Shown piece after piece: positions 1-8,706 of a DNA stretch of 32,000 nucleotides. This stretch comes from Candidatus Harpocratesius repetitus. Lineage in GTDB: Archaea; Asgardarchaeota; Lokiarchaeia; Sigyniarchaeales; Promethearchaeaceae. The number at the start of each line of letters is the position of its first letter. Position 1 is the stretch's first letter. Location of the stretch: assembly GCA_021498095.1 (NCBI GenBank), contig JAIZWK010000001.1, positions 3,630,001 to 3,662,000 of the forward strand, given 5' to 3'. The translations under genes and the position numbers were made by a program. The notes beneath the pieces are model-generated. The model saw nothing but the letters and a program-made list of their open reading frames with translations, was not told where the DNA came from and did not search any database.

Positions 1-395
1 AATTTATTCATTCTTACATAAATTAAAATCACCTAATATTAATTTTCATCTGTTTTTAAGCTAAATTATTTTCAAATTTGTTGATATCATAACAAGTGTT
101 AGTATCTCTTACTATAGTAATCAAACTATTTATTATTTCAAAAATATGAAAGAATTGAATAAAAATATGTAAGAATAGAAATAAAATGATAAGAATTGAA
201 GAAAATGATAAAAATTGAGATAAAAAATAAAAATGGTAAAGAATTTGCGAAAACAAATATTGAACTATAATATGATCACTTTAGGATGGAAATTTATTAG
301 ATAATAACATGAAATATAAATAGAATTAATAATTAATTAACCAATATTTGAAAATATGAACAGATTTAGAATTTATATTATTATAATAAGATGAT

Positions 396-1469
396 TTGAA
401 TAAAATGACTCGTTTAAACTATTTCCGATTTGCCAAGAATTTTACACTCAATAATTTTTCCTTCAACCATATTTATAAGCCTTTAAACGCCCAGATTGAA
501 CTTACCTTAAAATGTAATGCTCAATGCGTATTTTGTTCCATTTGGCACCCTGATTTTCAAAAAGAATTGCAAGAGGAAATGAAAACGGATGAAGTCAAAA
601 AAATAATTGATGATTTGCATGAACTTGGTGTTCAAGTTGTTAATTTTACAGGGGGCGAGCCAACTCTTCGGTCAGATCTGCCAGAGCTCATTTCATATGT
701 AAAAAGCAGGGGAATGATGCCCACAGTAGCCAGTAATGGTTTATCGTTGTATAAATGGATAAAAAACGGTAAATTTAAAGACTTGGAGCTGATTATGGTT
801 TCTTTAGATTGGCCTTTTCCAGAAAAGCACGATCTTTATCGGGGAATTCATATTTTTAAGCAGGCAGTTAAAGGTATTCGAGCAGCAGTGCTTGAACGAA
901 AGACTGTGATTATATCAATGGTCGTTACCAAAGAAAATCTTCAATATATGGAAGAAATGAGCCGATTAGCAAAAAAATTGGGCGCGATGATTGAAATGTT
1001 ACCATGCGAAAATATAATTAGAGAGCAAGATACTCCGCATGTGGTGGAAAATATCACATCATTTATTCCTGATTTACATAAATATGCGCAAGAAATCCGA
1101 AGATTGGTAAAAAAATATCCAAATATACTAACAGACACAATTACTGCAGATATTATTGAAGCAGGTGGATTTGGATATCAAAATATGCTTCACTGTGTTT
1201 CAGCCAGAGCCTTTTTGGTAATAAATTATAAAGGTGAAGTAGTATTTCCTTGTAAAATTCACCCCATTTTGCGCGTTAATGTAAAAAAGAAATCATTATA
1301 TGATGTATATCATTCATATGAAGCAAAACAGATCATGGATATGAAGGATGGGTTTCCATTTTGCAAGGGGTGTCGATTAGGTTGTGCCATTGCCGCTTCA
1401 ATACCTACCCGATGGGCGACTTTATACGAAAAATATATTCGGGCATTTATCAATGGTAATCTTTTTTAG
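396..1469 (+). CDS. Radical SAM protein with C-terminal SPASM/twitch-like Cys cluster
   Basis: CxxxCxxC (CNAQCVFC), FTGGEPTLR motif, C-terminal Cys residues (C..PC..CKGCRLGC). Start may be the ATG a few codons in. Confidence 0.9.
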   Translation: MNKMTRLNYFRFAKNFTLNNFSFNHIYKPLNAQIELTLKCNAQCVFCSIWHPDFQKELQEEMKTDEVKKIIDDLHELGVQVVNFTGGEPTLRSDLPELISYVKSRGMMPTVASNGLSLYKWIKNGKFKDLELIMVSLDWPFPEKHDLYRGIHIFKQAVKGIRAAVLERKTVIISMVVTKENLQYMEEMSRLAKKLGAMIEMLPCENIIREQDTPHVVENITSFIPDLHKYAQEIRRLVKKYPNILTDTITADIIEAGGFGYQNMLHCVSARAFLVINYKGEVVFPCKIHPILRVNVKKKSLYDVYHSYEAKQIMDMKDGFPFCKGCRLGCAIAASIPTRWATLYEKYIRAFINGNLF

Positions 1470-1569
1470 ATTTTTTAAAGTGATGAATATAATACAATAA
1501 CTAAAATCAGAAAAATCGGAAAATCGGAAAAATCTAAAAACAATCAGTAATCAAATATAATAAAAAAAT

Positions 1570-2232
1570 TTACAAGCGCTCTTTCCAACCCTTATCTTTT
1601 TTATATCTAAAATCCTCATTAACAGATTGTGTGTATGAAGAATCAGTTGTAGTTGTGTCAACAGATAAATCCTTCTTATAGGTTCCCATTCGATCATTAG
1701 GATCTGTATAAATAATATTAGATTGTAGAGCTCGTAATTTGTCATGAATAATTTCTTTTTTCTTTATTTTATCAGGGTTTAACTTTTTATAAATCATCTT
1801 AACAATCATGATTACAAACGCTGCAGCAAAAGAAACAAGTAAATAAAGCGAAAAGAGAGTTCGTCCAAAAATAAAGGTAAAGGGAAGATATTCATCATAT
1901 CCACCATACAATAACCGCATTAATCCCCACATGGCAAAAAAGACAACAGATCTTATCATCATGGGTAAGAATTGTTTTTTGGACATTTCGCTTACTAATT
2001 TCATCATATCAGCATTTATTTGGGCAATTAATTGAGGATTATTTTCAGATTGAGCGATTCTTAATTGATCTTGTAAATCTTGTACCAACATTTGGGTTTG
2101 CATTTGAGATTCTGCAGAGACCGCATATCTGTGTGAAAACCATTGTGAAAACGCAACCATTAATAGTGAAATACCCACAATTTGCCAAACAACTTCCGGA
2201 GGTGCAATTGTCATTACTATCATAGATGTCAA
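1570..2232 (-). CDS. EMC3/TMCO1 (DUF106, Oxa1-superfamily) membrane protein
   Basis: TM1, then a cytosolic coiled coil (QMLVQDLQDQLRIAQSENNPQLIAQINADMMKL), then 'KQFLPMMIRSVVFFAMW' TM2 and TM3. This is the DUF106 architecture. Confidence 0.75.
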   Translation of the reverse strand: MTSMIVMTIAPPEVVWQIVGISLLMVAFSQWFSHRYAVSAESQMQTQMLVQDLQDQLRIAQSENNPQLIAQINADMMKLVSEMSKKQFLPMMIRSVVFFAMWGLMRLLYGGYDEYLPFTFIFGRTLFSLYLLVSFAAAFVIMIVKMIYKKLNPDKIKKKEIIHDKLRALQSNIIYTDPNDRMGTYKKDLSVDTTTTDSSYTQSVNEDFRYKKDKGWKERL

Positions 2233-2301
2233 TTGTGCAGAAGATTTTAATTTTCTTTTTTTATTTGATAAAAGAATACCAGCTTTATATTAAATCGCGT
2301 A

Positions 2302-2847
2302 TTGTATGCTTATATGAGAAAACAAGAGGAATCAACAGAAAAACATAAAATTAAAGAATTAAGTAATCATGTTTGGTTCCAATTAATCCTATACTTTTCT
2401 TTCGCAGTGTTAATGGTATTATTAAATATTGGAATTCAAAATTTTCATCTTAGAGTAATTTTTCCATGGCTACAACCTAAATTATCAACAATTCCCTTCT
2501 TTTATACATTCTATATCTCAACAGACCCATATAACATGCCTGAAATTGTCGGATCCATCTTGGCAGTGGGTATTACATATATTATTAAATTCTTCTTAGA
2601 CAAATTCTTCGTTTTTCAGCAAAGATCAAATCAACTCAAAGAAACAGGAAAACAATTTACTCTCTATTTTCTTTTTGCAATTGTAACTACTCTTGAAAAT
2701 CTCTTAATTCAATTTTTATTAGGAATTTGGACAAATATAAGCCTTGATTTCCGTATAATCATTGCATTAGCTTGTGGATATAGCACGAAATTCATATTGG
2801 ATAAGAAATTTAGTTTTAAAAAAAGAGAACTGGGCAACCAAAGATAA
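2302..2847 (+). CDS. GtrA-like membrane protein
   Basis: Four hydrophobic segments with repeated 'KFFLDKFFVF' / 'KFILDKKFSF' GtrA-type motifs. Confidence 0.7.
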   Translation: MYAYMRKQEESTEKHKIKELSNHVWFQLILYFSFAVLMVLLNIGIQNFHLRVIFPWLQPKLSTIPFFYTFYISTDPYNMPEIVGSILAVGITYIIKFFLDKFFVFQQRSNQLKETGKQFTLYFLFAIVTTLENLLIQFLLGIWTNISLDFRIIIALACGYSTKFILDKKFSFKKRELGNQR

Positions 2848-2940
2848 AAAGTAAAAGAAAAACAATAGAGAAAAGAAGGATAAAAGAGAGAAGAAAGATA
2901 AAGTAGATAAAAAAGAACAATAATGGAGTAGAAAAAGGAT

Positions 2941-2980
2941 TGAAAATGATTGAAAATGGTTGAAAATGGTTGAAAATGAT
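2941..2980. repeat. Tandem decamer (TGAAAATGRT)x4
   Basis: Read directly: tgaaaatgat tgaaaatggt tgaaaatggt tgaaaatgat, inside a purine-rich intergenic tract. Confidence 0.9.
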
Positions 2981-3101
2981 TTCTAATTGGAAAAAGTTCG
3001 AAGCAAACAAAAAAATATTGTAAAAATAGAAGAAATCAAAAATCTCTCCTAAAAAAAAGATAATATTCTAAAATATGAAATAATGTGCTTTTTTATTTTA
3101 T

Positions 3102-3782
3102 TTAAGATTTAACAATCTTTCCATGTTCCATTTCGATCAATCTTGTTCCGTATTTGACCAATCCCTTATCATGGGTAACAATACACATCGTAGTGCCCAT
3201 CTCTTTATTCAATTGTTTTAGTAATTCCATAATCTGGCGGGCGGCTTCATTATCCAAGTTTCCTGTAGGTTCATCAGCAAATAATATCCGTGGTTTGTGA
3301 ATAATAGCTCGAGCGATGGCAACTCTTTGTTTTTCTCCACCAGATAATTCCTTTGGAAGATTATCTTTACGATCAAGCAAATCAACTTTTCGTAGGGCAG
3401 AAATAGCTCGATCTTCAATTTCTTTGGATCGTAATACTCCAGGCCACAAAACAGCTTCAATATTTTCAATTGCGGTTAGATTCTCGATGAGATTAAAATC
3501 TTGAAATACAAAACCTATCTTTCTTCTTCGAATATTACTTAATCTTTCTTCTGTGGCTCGTTCGATTTTTTCTCCATCTACAATTACTGTTCCATCATCA
3601 GGGAGATCGAGCCCACTCATAACATTTAGCAATGTAGTTTTTCCACATCCTGTTGGACCCATAATGATAACAAATTCCCCGGCGTTTATTGTTAAGTTGA
3701 CATCTGCTAAAGCTCGAATAATATTTCCCCGTAATCGGAACTCTTTTTGAATATTTTCCAATTTAATCATAATTTCTGGCAT
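3102..3782 (-). CDS. ABC transporter ATP-binding protein (LolD/MacB type)
   Basis: Walker A GPTGCGKT, signature LSGGEKQRVAIARA, Walker B LFADEPTGNLD, H-loop VTHD. Confidence 0.95.
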   Translation of the reverse strand: MPEIMIKLENIQKEFRLRGNIIRALADVNLTINAGEFVIIMGPTGCGKTTLLNVMSGLDLPDDGTVIVDGEKIERATEERLSNIRRRKIGFVFQDFNLIENLTAIENIEAVLWPGVLRSKEIEDRAISALRKVDLLDRKDNLPKELSGGEKQRVAIARAIIHKPRILFADEPTGNLDNEAARQIMELLKQLNKEMGTTMCIVTHDKGLVKYGTRLIEMEHGKIVKS

Positions 3783-3805
3783 TTAATTCTCCTCCTTATT
3801 TTAAA

Positions 3806-4378
3806 TTATTTTAAGATCCTTAATGCGACGATTGGTCGTAATTTTAATATTTTTGAATACATGACTAATATACCTAAAATTTGAGCCACAACAAACATTG
3901 CTAATGTAATCACTATCGGCCAAATACTAAGTAATGGGCGAGTTTTGATGCTGTAATCTTCTAATCCCGGAAAGTTAGAAGGTTGTGAGTAAAAATATGT
4001 AACTGCGGCTGTTGTATGAATTAATACTTCTGCAACTAAAATGAATGAAATTAATGTAACCCACATTAACTCACCAATAATTATTGTGCGAATATTGGCA
4101 TTTGTATATCCAATACATTTTAATGTCGCAATTTCCCGTTTTCGATAATTTATAACAATCCAAGCGTACAAAATGGAAAGGATAAGCGTAGAAACAATTG
4201 ATATGGCTAACATTAATATTTCTTGATTTGTTCGAGTAGCGGGATCGCCATAAATAAATGATTCAAAATTAGAAGCCATCCATGCCATAAGTACTGTATA
4301 CATTAAAGTAAAGACAATAAATCGACGTCGGCTCCGCATTGCCATTTTTATTGATTTTCCTATTAGTCGTAATCCCAT
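3806..4378 (-). CDS. Small FtsX/MacB-like ABC permease
   Basis: 'RKREIATLKCIGYTNANIRTIIIGE' FtsX coupling motif, ~4 TMs, directly upstream of the ATPase. Confidence 0.85.
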   Translation of the reverse strand: MGLRLIGKSIKMAMRSRRRFIVFTLMYTVLMAWMASNFESFIYGDPATRTNQEILMLAISIVSTLILSILYAWIVINYRKREIATLKCIGYTNANIRTIIIGELMWVTLISFILVAEVLIHTTAAVTYFYSQPSNFPGLEDYSIKTRPLLSIWPIVITLAMFVVAQILGILVMYSKILKLRPIVALRILK

Positions 4379-4488
4379 AATTTAATACACCGTTATTTAT
4401 TCTTACTGAAATATCATTTACAATCATATATAATTTTGTGTTTACTTGATGATCTATATTCTTAAGGATTAGGAACTAAGAAGATCAT

Positions 4489-4872
4489 ATGGATTATGAA
4501 AAACTTGTTTTTGAACTAATGGATACTGAACCAGCAGTTTTTGGGGGCGCAGTTATCAATGCAAATAAAGAGTTAGTTTTCCAGACTGAAAACTGGGATT
4601 TACAGCAAGATATTGATTCTATTGTAAAAGCAATGGATGAAGCAAATAAGGATGATGGTAAAAATCCTGGAAGAATTCAGATTATGAATGTAACTTATAT
4701 GATTGTAGAATTTACCCCAGAGCGGATTATTGCGACAAATGTCGCCCATAAAGGTCATGTCATAATTGCCATGCATGAAGGTTGGGGTTTAGTTACATAT
4801 ATCGATCCTTCAAAAGGACCCCGTGATGCTTTGTTCAATGTTCAGAGTTTTACCCGTCGTTTAAGCGAATAA
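4489..4872 (+). CDS. Asgard (Loki-type) profilin
   Basis: 127 aa with 'QTENW', 'YMIVE..PERIIATN...KGHVII' and 'TYIDP..GPRDALFNVQ.F', motifs I recall from characterised Lokiarchaeal profilins. Confidence 0.88.
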   Translation: MDYEKLVFELMDTEPAVFGGAVINANKELVFQTENWDLQQDIDSIVKAMDEANKDDGKNPGRIQIMNVTYMIVEFTPERIIATNVAHKGHVIIAMHEGWGLVTYIDPSKGPRDALFNVQSFTRRLSE

Positions 4873-4883
4873 GGTAAACTTAC

Positions 4884-4900
4884 TTTTTTGAACTTTTTTT
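4884..4900 (+). terminator. Oligo-T tract, putative archaeal intrinsic terminator of profilin
   Basis: Two T-runs 12-28 bp after the stop codon. Confidence 0.4.
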
Positions 4901-4920
4901 AAATTCATTTTTGATTTGTT

Positions 4921-5020
4921 AATTGAAGGTATTTTAAACTTCAAAGATTCGATGTTTTTCATTTCATCATCTTAATTCTCCCGACTCAAATCTAAAATAT
5001 CCTTTCTTATTTTTTGTCGA
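4921..5020 (+). repeat. Dispersed 100-bp repeat arm H
   Basis: Ungapped 63/100 identity to arm B. AATTGAAGG start, CCGAC at 4981, GTCGA at 5016. Confidence 0.8.
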
Positions 5021-5242
5021 TTTTACCAAGGTGCCAAATTCAAGATATGTAAATCAAAAATTATGATAAAATCGGCATCAAATTGAAGAATTTATAAAGA
5101 GGATGGTAAATTTTTAATAAATTCTTTGAAAAAATCGAGTTCGACAAAAAAAGAATTGCGATATTTCAGATATAAGTCGGAAATATATGAATGATATTCA
5201 AAAAAGCGTTTAAATTGAAAAAGATAAAATATCCTCAATTAT
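5016..5242 (-). repeat. 227-bp dispersed repeat (arm A, 5141-5240, plus linker), inverted copy of 21551-21777
   Basis: Reverse complement matches 21551-21777 at 208/227 positions with no gaps. Confidence 0.97.
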
Positions 5243-5375
5243 ATGATATTTTTTTACTGACCAGGTTTGATCAAAAATTTTTTTGTTGTTGATAATTTTT
5301 TATCAATATTTCAATTCTTAATAAATAATAATACTACAGAATCTTTTAATAGAAAAAGAAAGAAAACTATTTTTA

Positions 5376-6785
5376 ATGGAACAATCGTCTACTGCTTTCA
5401 ACATTCAAAAGTCTGAGAAAAAAAAATATGAACGTCTTCTTTCTGTTGATATAGTAAGGGGAATTGCGATTTTTGGGGTTCTTTTTATTCATCCAATGAT
5501 TTTTGGAACATGGTATACCGAAACTTTAGCTTTAGAAATTGTCCCTATATATGTTATTGCAATTTTTGCACCAATTATCTTAATGGGTACATGGGGTGGC
5601 GGATTTCCCCTGATCTCTGCAGTTGTCAACACATATAATATTTATCATAGATTAGAAATCGGATATTCTTATAAGGAAGCAGCAAAACCTGTCATAATTA
5701 ATTCAACTTTTATTCTTTTAATATCACCTATAAAAAATCTACTTTTCAGCAGGACGTGGACAAATTCTTATCAAGAAGGAATGAATTATTCTATTTTAAG
5801 CAGATTGATGGAAGAAGGAGAATTGGCTTGGCCTGGTCCTGAAAAAATATTTCAAATAGGATCTTTACCATCAATTGCAATTAGCGGCTACATTACAGTA
5901 TTAATTCTTTGGATTCTCTTTAAGAATGAAGGGAGAAATAAAGTAAAACGAAATGCAATAATATTGACCATAATCGGGATATTCTTAACATTCATTTCAA
6001 ATCCATTAAACGAATTGTTAAATCCAATCATTATAGATTTATTTTTAAAGGGTGGAATTAGTCGATTTTTCGCCTTCATCCTTCGCTGGTTTTTTGGAGC
6101 CCAACTTTCTTACTTTCCCGTAGGAATTTATGGCTTTTTTGGAATAGTTGCTGGAATATTTCTTTCCGTTAGGGCACCACTTAAAAAAATTAAACGATAT
6201 GGATACGGTTTAGGTTTATTTTACTTAGCCGCTTTTATCATAAGTTTGATAATTACAACAAATAAAGCACTTGCTCAAGGGAAAAATCCTATTTTTGTGA
6301 TTTTAGATTATGAAGTATATCCACGCGAATTGTTATTTTTCAGCTTAGGATGCATGCTGATTCTTTTAGTATTTATGGTCAAACGCTATGAATATATTCC
6401 GCAAGAATTAAAAGTAAAAAGGGCGAAAAAATCACTATTTTTCAGAAGATTTGGAGTTGCAACTCTTACATTTTACGTTTTAGAACCTATTTTTAACAAC
6501 AGTTTTGCGCTTCTCTTTCACACAATTTTTGGACCCAGAGAGGGTTTTGGAATTCAAGATCCGTTTATGACCAATTTTTGGGCAATATTATTATATGTAT
6601 TCACATTTGAAAGTTTTTGGATATTGTTTTCATATTTTTGGTCAAAAACAGGGTATAAATACGGAGTCGAATATTGGATCATAAGAATTTCAAATCGTTT
6701 CCGAGAAACCAAATCAACTCGATTACAACTTTTTGATTATCAGCAAAATAAAGAGCCAATACTTGAAAATGCCAAAGAAAAATAA
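5376..6785 (+). CDS. Polytopic membrane protein, DUF418/DUF1624 (HGSNAT-like acyltransferase) family
   Basis: N-terminal 'RLLSVDIVRGIAIFGVLFIH' motif, about 11-12 TMs, late 'G..TLTFY' motif. Confidence 0.7.
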   Translation: MEQSSTAFNIQKSEKKKYERLLSVDIVRGIAIFGVLFIHPMIFGTWYTETLALEIVPIYVIAIFAPIILMGTWGGGFPLISAVVNTYNIYHRLEIGYSYKEAAKPVIINSTFILLISPIKNLLFSRTWTNSYQEGMNYSILSRLMEEGELAWPGPEKIFQIGSLPSIAISGYITVLILWILFKNEGRNKVKRNAIILTIIGIFLTFISNPLNELLNPIIIDLFLKGGISRFFAFILRWFFGAQLSYFPVGIYGFFGIVAGIFLSVRAPLKKIKRYGYGLGLFYLAAFIISLIITTNKALAQGKNPIFVILDYEVYPRELLFFSLGCMLILLVFMVKRYEYIPQELKVKRAKKSLFFRRFGVATLTFYVLEPIFNNSFALLFHTIFGPREGFGIQDPFMTNFWAILLYVFTFESFWILFSYFWSKTGYKYGVEYWIIRISNRFRETKSTRLQLFDYQQNKEPILENAKEK

Positions 6786-6894
6786 TAATAAAGAAATTAT
6801 AAAAAAAGGATAAAAGCAAAAATAAAAATTGGTTAAAAATAAGAATAAAAAGAGAGATAAACGCAATTTTAATTAAAATAAAAATCATACTTTT

Positions 6895-7614
6895 TTAAAT
6901 TACTGTTAAAAGCGGGCGTAAAAGGACTATTACCAAGATTAATACCACAATTAGCGGAATTAAAATTAGTACAATTCGAAGCTGCTGCCTCCAACCCCAC
7001 CGATTTATTCCTTTTAAAATTTTCTCTATATTGCGTTGACGTTTTCGACTTACCCGCTCCCATCTATTTTGAGCTTGATTCAAATTAGTGTGAAATTTAT
7101 CCCGTTTTTCTGCTTTCTTTTGATATAACGCGCTCTTCATAGCGATGAAATTCTCATTCAATTTCTGATTGGCAGCTTCAAATTCTTGCATTTCTTGTTG
7201 AAATTTTGCTTCTAAACGTTCTTCCCGCCGTTTAATTCGTTCAAGTCTTCTTTGCTGAGCAGCTTTTTTCCGCTTTCGTAAACGTTCTAATCTTCTTAAA
7301 TGATTCTGTCGAATATCATCTTCAAATTGTTGCAGGGTTTTTTCAGTGTTTAGTATAAAATCTTGCCATCCACGTGCGATTTTCATTGGCAGAGGCAATT
7401 CTTTCTCAAGTTTTGCTTTTTCTTCAGGAGATATGGAAGAAAAATCGTAATCTTTGCTAATAATATTCTCATTATTACTGTTATTATTTGATGAAGATTC
7501 TGGATTACTTTGATTATTATTTGAAGAAAAAAATTGATCAACTTCATTTTCAAGATTATACAAGTCTTTTACAATATCTCGTGTAATTCGTTTTCTCTTT
7601 TTCTGTGCGACCAT
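6895..7614 (-). CDS. Tail-anchored basic coiled-coil protein (paralog 2)
   Basis: Long R/K/E/Q helix and one C-terminal TM. ATG at 7614 is preceded by GGTGA, which overlaps the upstream stop. The ORF track starts at GTG 7623. Confidence 0.8.
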   Translation of the reverse strand: MVAQKKRKRITRDIVKDLYNLENEVDQFFSSNNNQSNPESSSNNNSNNENIISKDYDFSSISPEEKAKLEKELPLPMKIARGWQDFILNTEKTLQQFEDDIRQNHLRRLERLRKRKKAAQQRRLERIKRREERLEAKFQQEMQEFEAANQKLNENFIAMKSALYQKKAEKRDKFHTNLNQAQNRWERVSRKRQRNIEKILKGINRWGWRQQLRIVLILIPLIVVLILVIVLLRPLLTVI

Positions 7615-7623
7615 GTTTATCAC

Positions 7624-8553
7624 CTATATCAAACCTAAAGGAATAAATGATTCATTATTTGAAATTAAATCAAAAAGATTTACTCCAAGACCTTTGAAAA
7701 TATAGAAAATAGCCATAAGGACAAGAAAGATACCTACAATCCATGCTAATAAGCTAATATAACCTCGCCACCATAATCGGTTTGAAAATTTAACAAAGCG
7801 TTCAGTTTGTCGGCGTTGACGACGAATAAATCTTTCCCAATTTTGTTGACGTATCTGTTGCGTTTCTGAAATATACTCTTTCTGCATTTGGACAGCCATC
7901 TGGCGACGAGCTTTACGAGCAGCTCTGCGTTTTATCCGTAAAGCACGACGATGTTCCCTAATTTTTTGCTGTAATTCCCGATTTTCCTGCAGAATTGCTT
8001 CATTTTGGAGACGTGCTTCTTGTAATGTTTTTTTCTCGATCTGTCGAACCAGCTGCCGCTTTTCTCGGCGACTTTGCTCTATTTCATTCAACTTCTGCTT
8101 AAATTCTTCTTGTTGATGTTCAAAAAAGGCTTTAATTCGCCGTCGATCCCGTTCTTGGCGTTGAAGGAGGCGTTTATGACGACGTTCAAATACTTTTTTA
8201 TTTTTAACCCTTTTTTCTAAGCGCTTTTCTTCCTGTAAAAATCTTTCTTCTTGCGCTTGCTCTAAGGAATTTTGAGTACTTTGTGAGAATTGAAGCCAAG
8301 CTTTATTTATTTCATTTTCTGATGATTCTTTTTGAGAAGATTGAAACGGTTGCTTTATATCTTGGGATTGAGATTTAGAATTTTTAAAAATTTGAATATT
8401 TAAATTTTTAAAAGGATTGATAGCATCTACAAATTCTTCGAAATCTTGACCAATTTTTTCAAAATCAATTATTTTCTTTTTCTCTTCAGGCATTTTTCCA
8501 TTCACATTTTCTATATTAGACTTAATTGGTTTCTTTTTTCTGCAGTATTTCAT
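7624..8553 (-). CDS. Tail-anchored basic coiled-coil protein (paralog 1)
   Basis: Long R/Q/E helix and one TM near the C-terminus. Start may be ATG 8493 (MPEEKK). Confidence 0.8.
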   Translation of the reverse strand: MKYCRKKKPIKSNIENVNGKMPEEKKKIIDFEKIGQDFEEFVDAINPFKNLNIQIFKNSKSQSQDIKQPFQSSQKESSENEINKAWLQFSQSTQNSLEQAQEERFLQEEKRLEKRVKNKKVFERRHKRLLQRQERDRRRIKAFFEHQQEEFKQKLNEIEQSRREKRQLVRQIEKKTLQEARLQNEAILQENRELQQKIREHRRALRIKRRAARKARRQMAVQMQKEYISETQQIRQQNWERFIRRQRRQTERFVKFSNRLWWRGYISLLAWIVGIFLVLMAIFYIFKGLGVNLFDLISNNESFIPLGLI

Positions 8554-8706
8554 TTTTAAGTGTTGTCAATTTAACAATTTTGAAAACTAATATAAAGATC
8601 GCCCTTATTTTCAAGATAGATTTGTATTTATTTATGATTTGTGAATTCCAATTATTATTCTAGAATTTTGACAATTATTATAGAATTTAGATCATAACTT
8701 CTATAA

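Noticed and set aside
1-84. Possible ninth repeat arm truncated by the window start (ACCT, CTA, TTCAAATTTGTTGA in register)
   Set aside because: The diagnostic outer end lies outside the window and the core motifs are imperfect, so chance similarity in AT-rich DNA cannot be excluded.
8554-8706. GATAGATTT and ATAACTTC resembling arm D motifs
   Set aside because: The spacing is 79 bp rather than the 69 bp in arm D, and there is no TCGAC.
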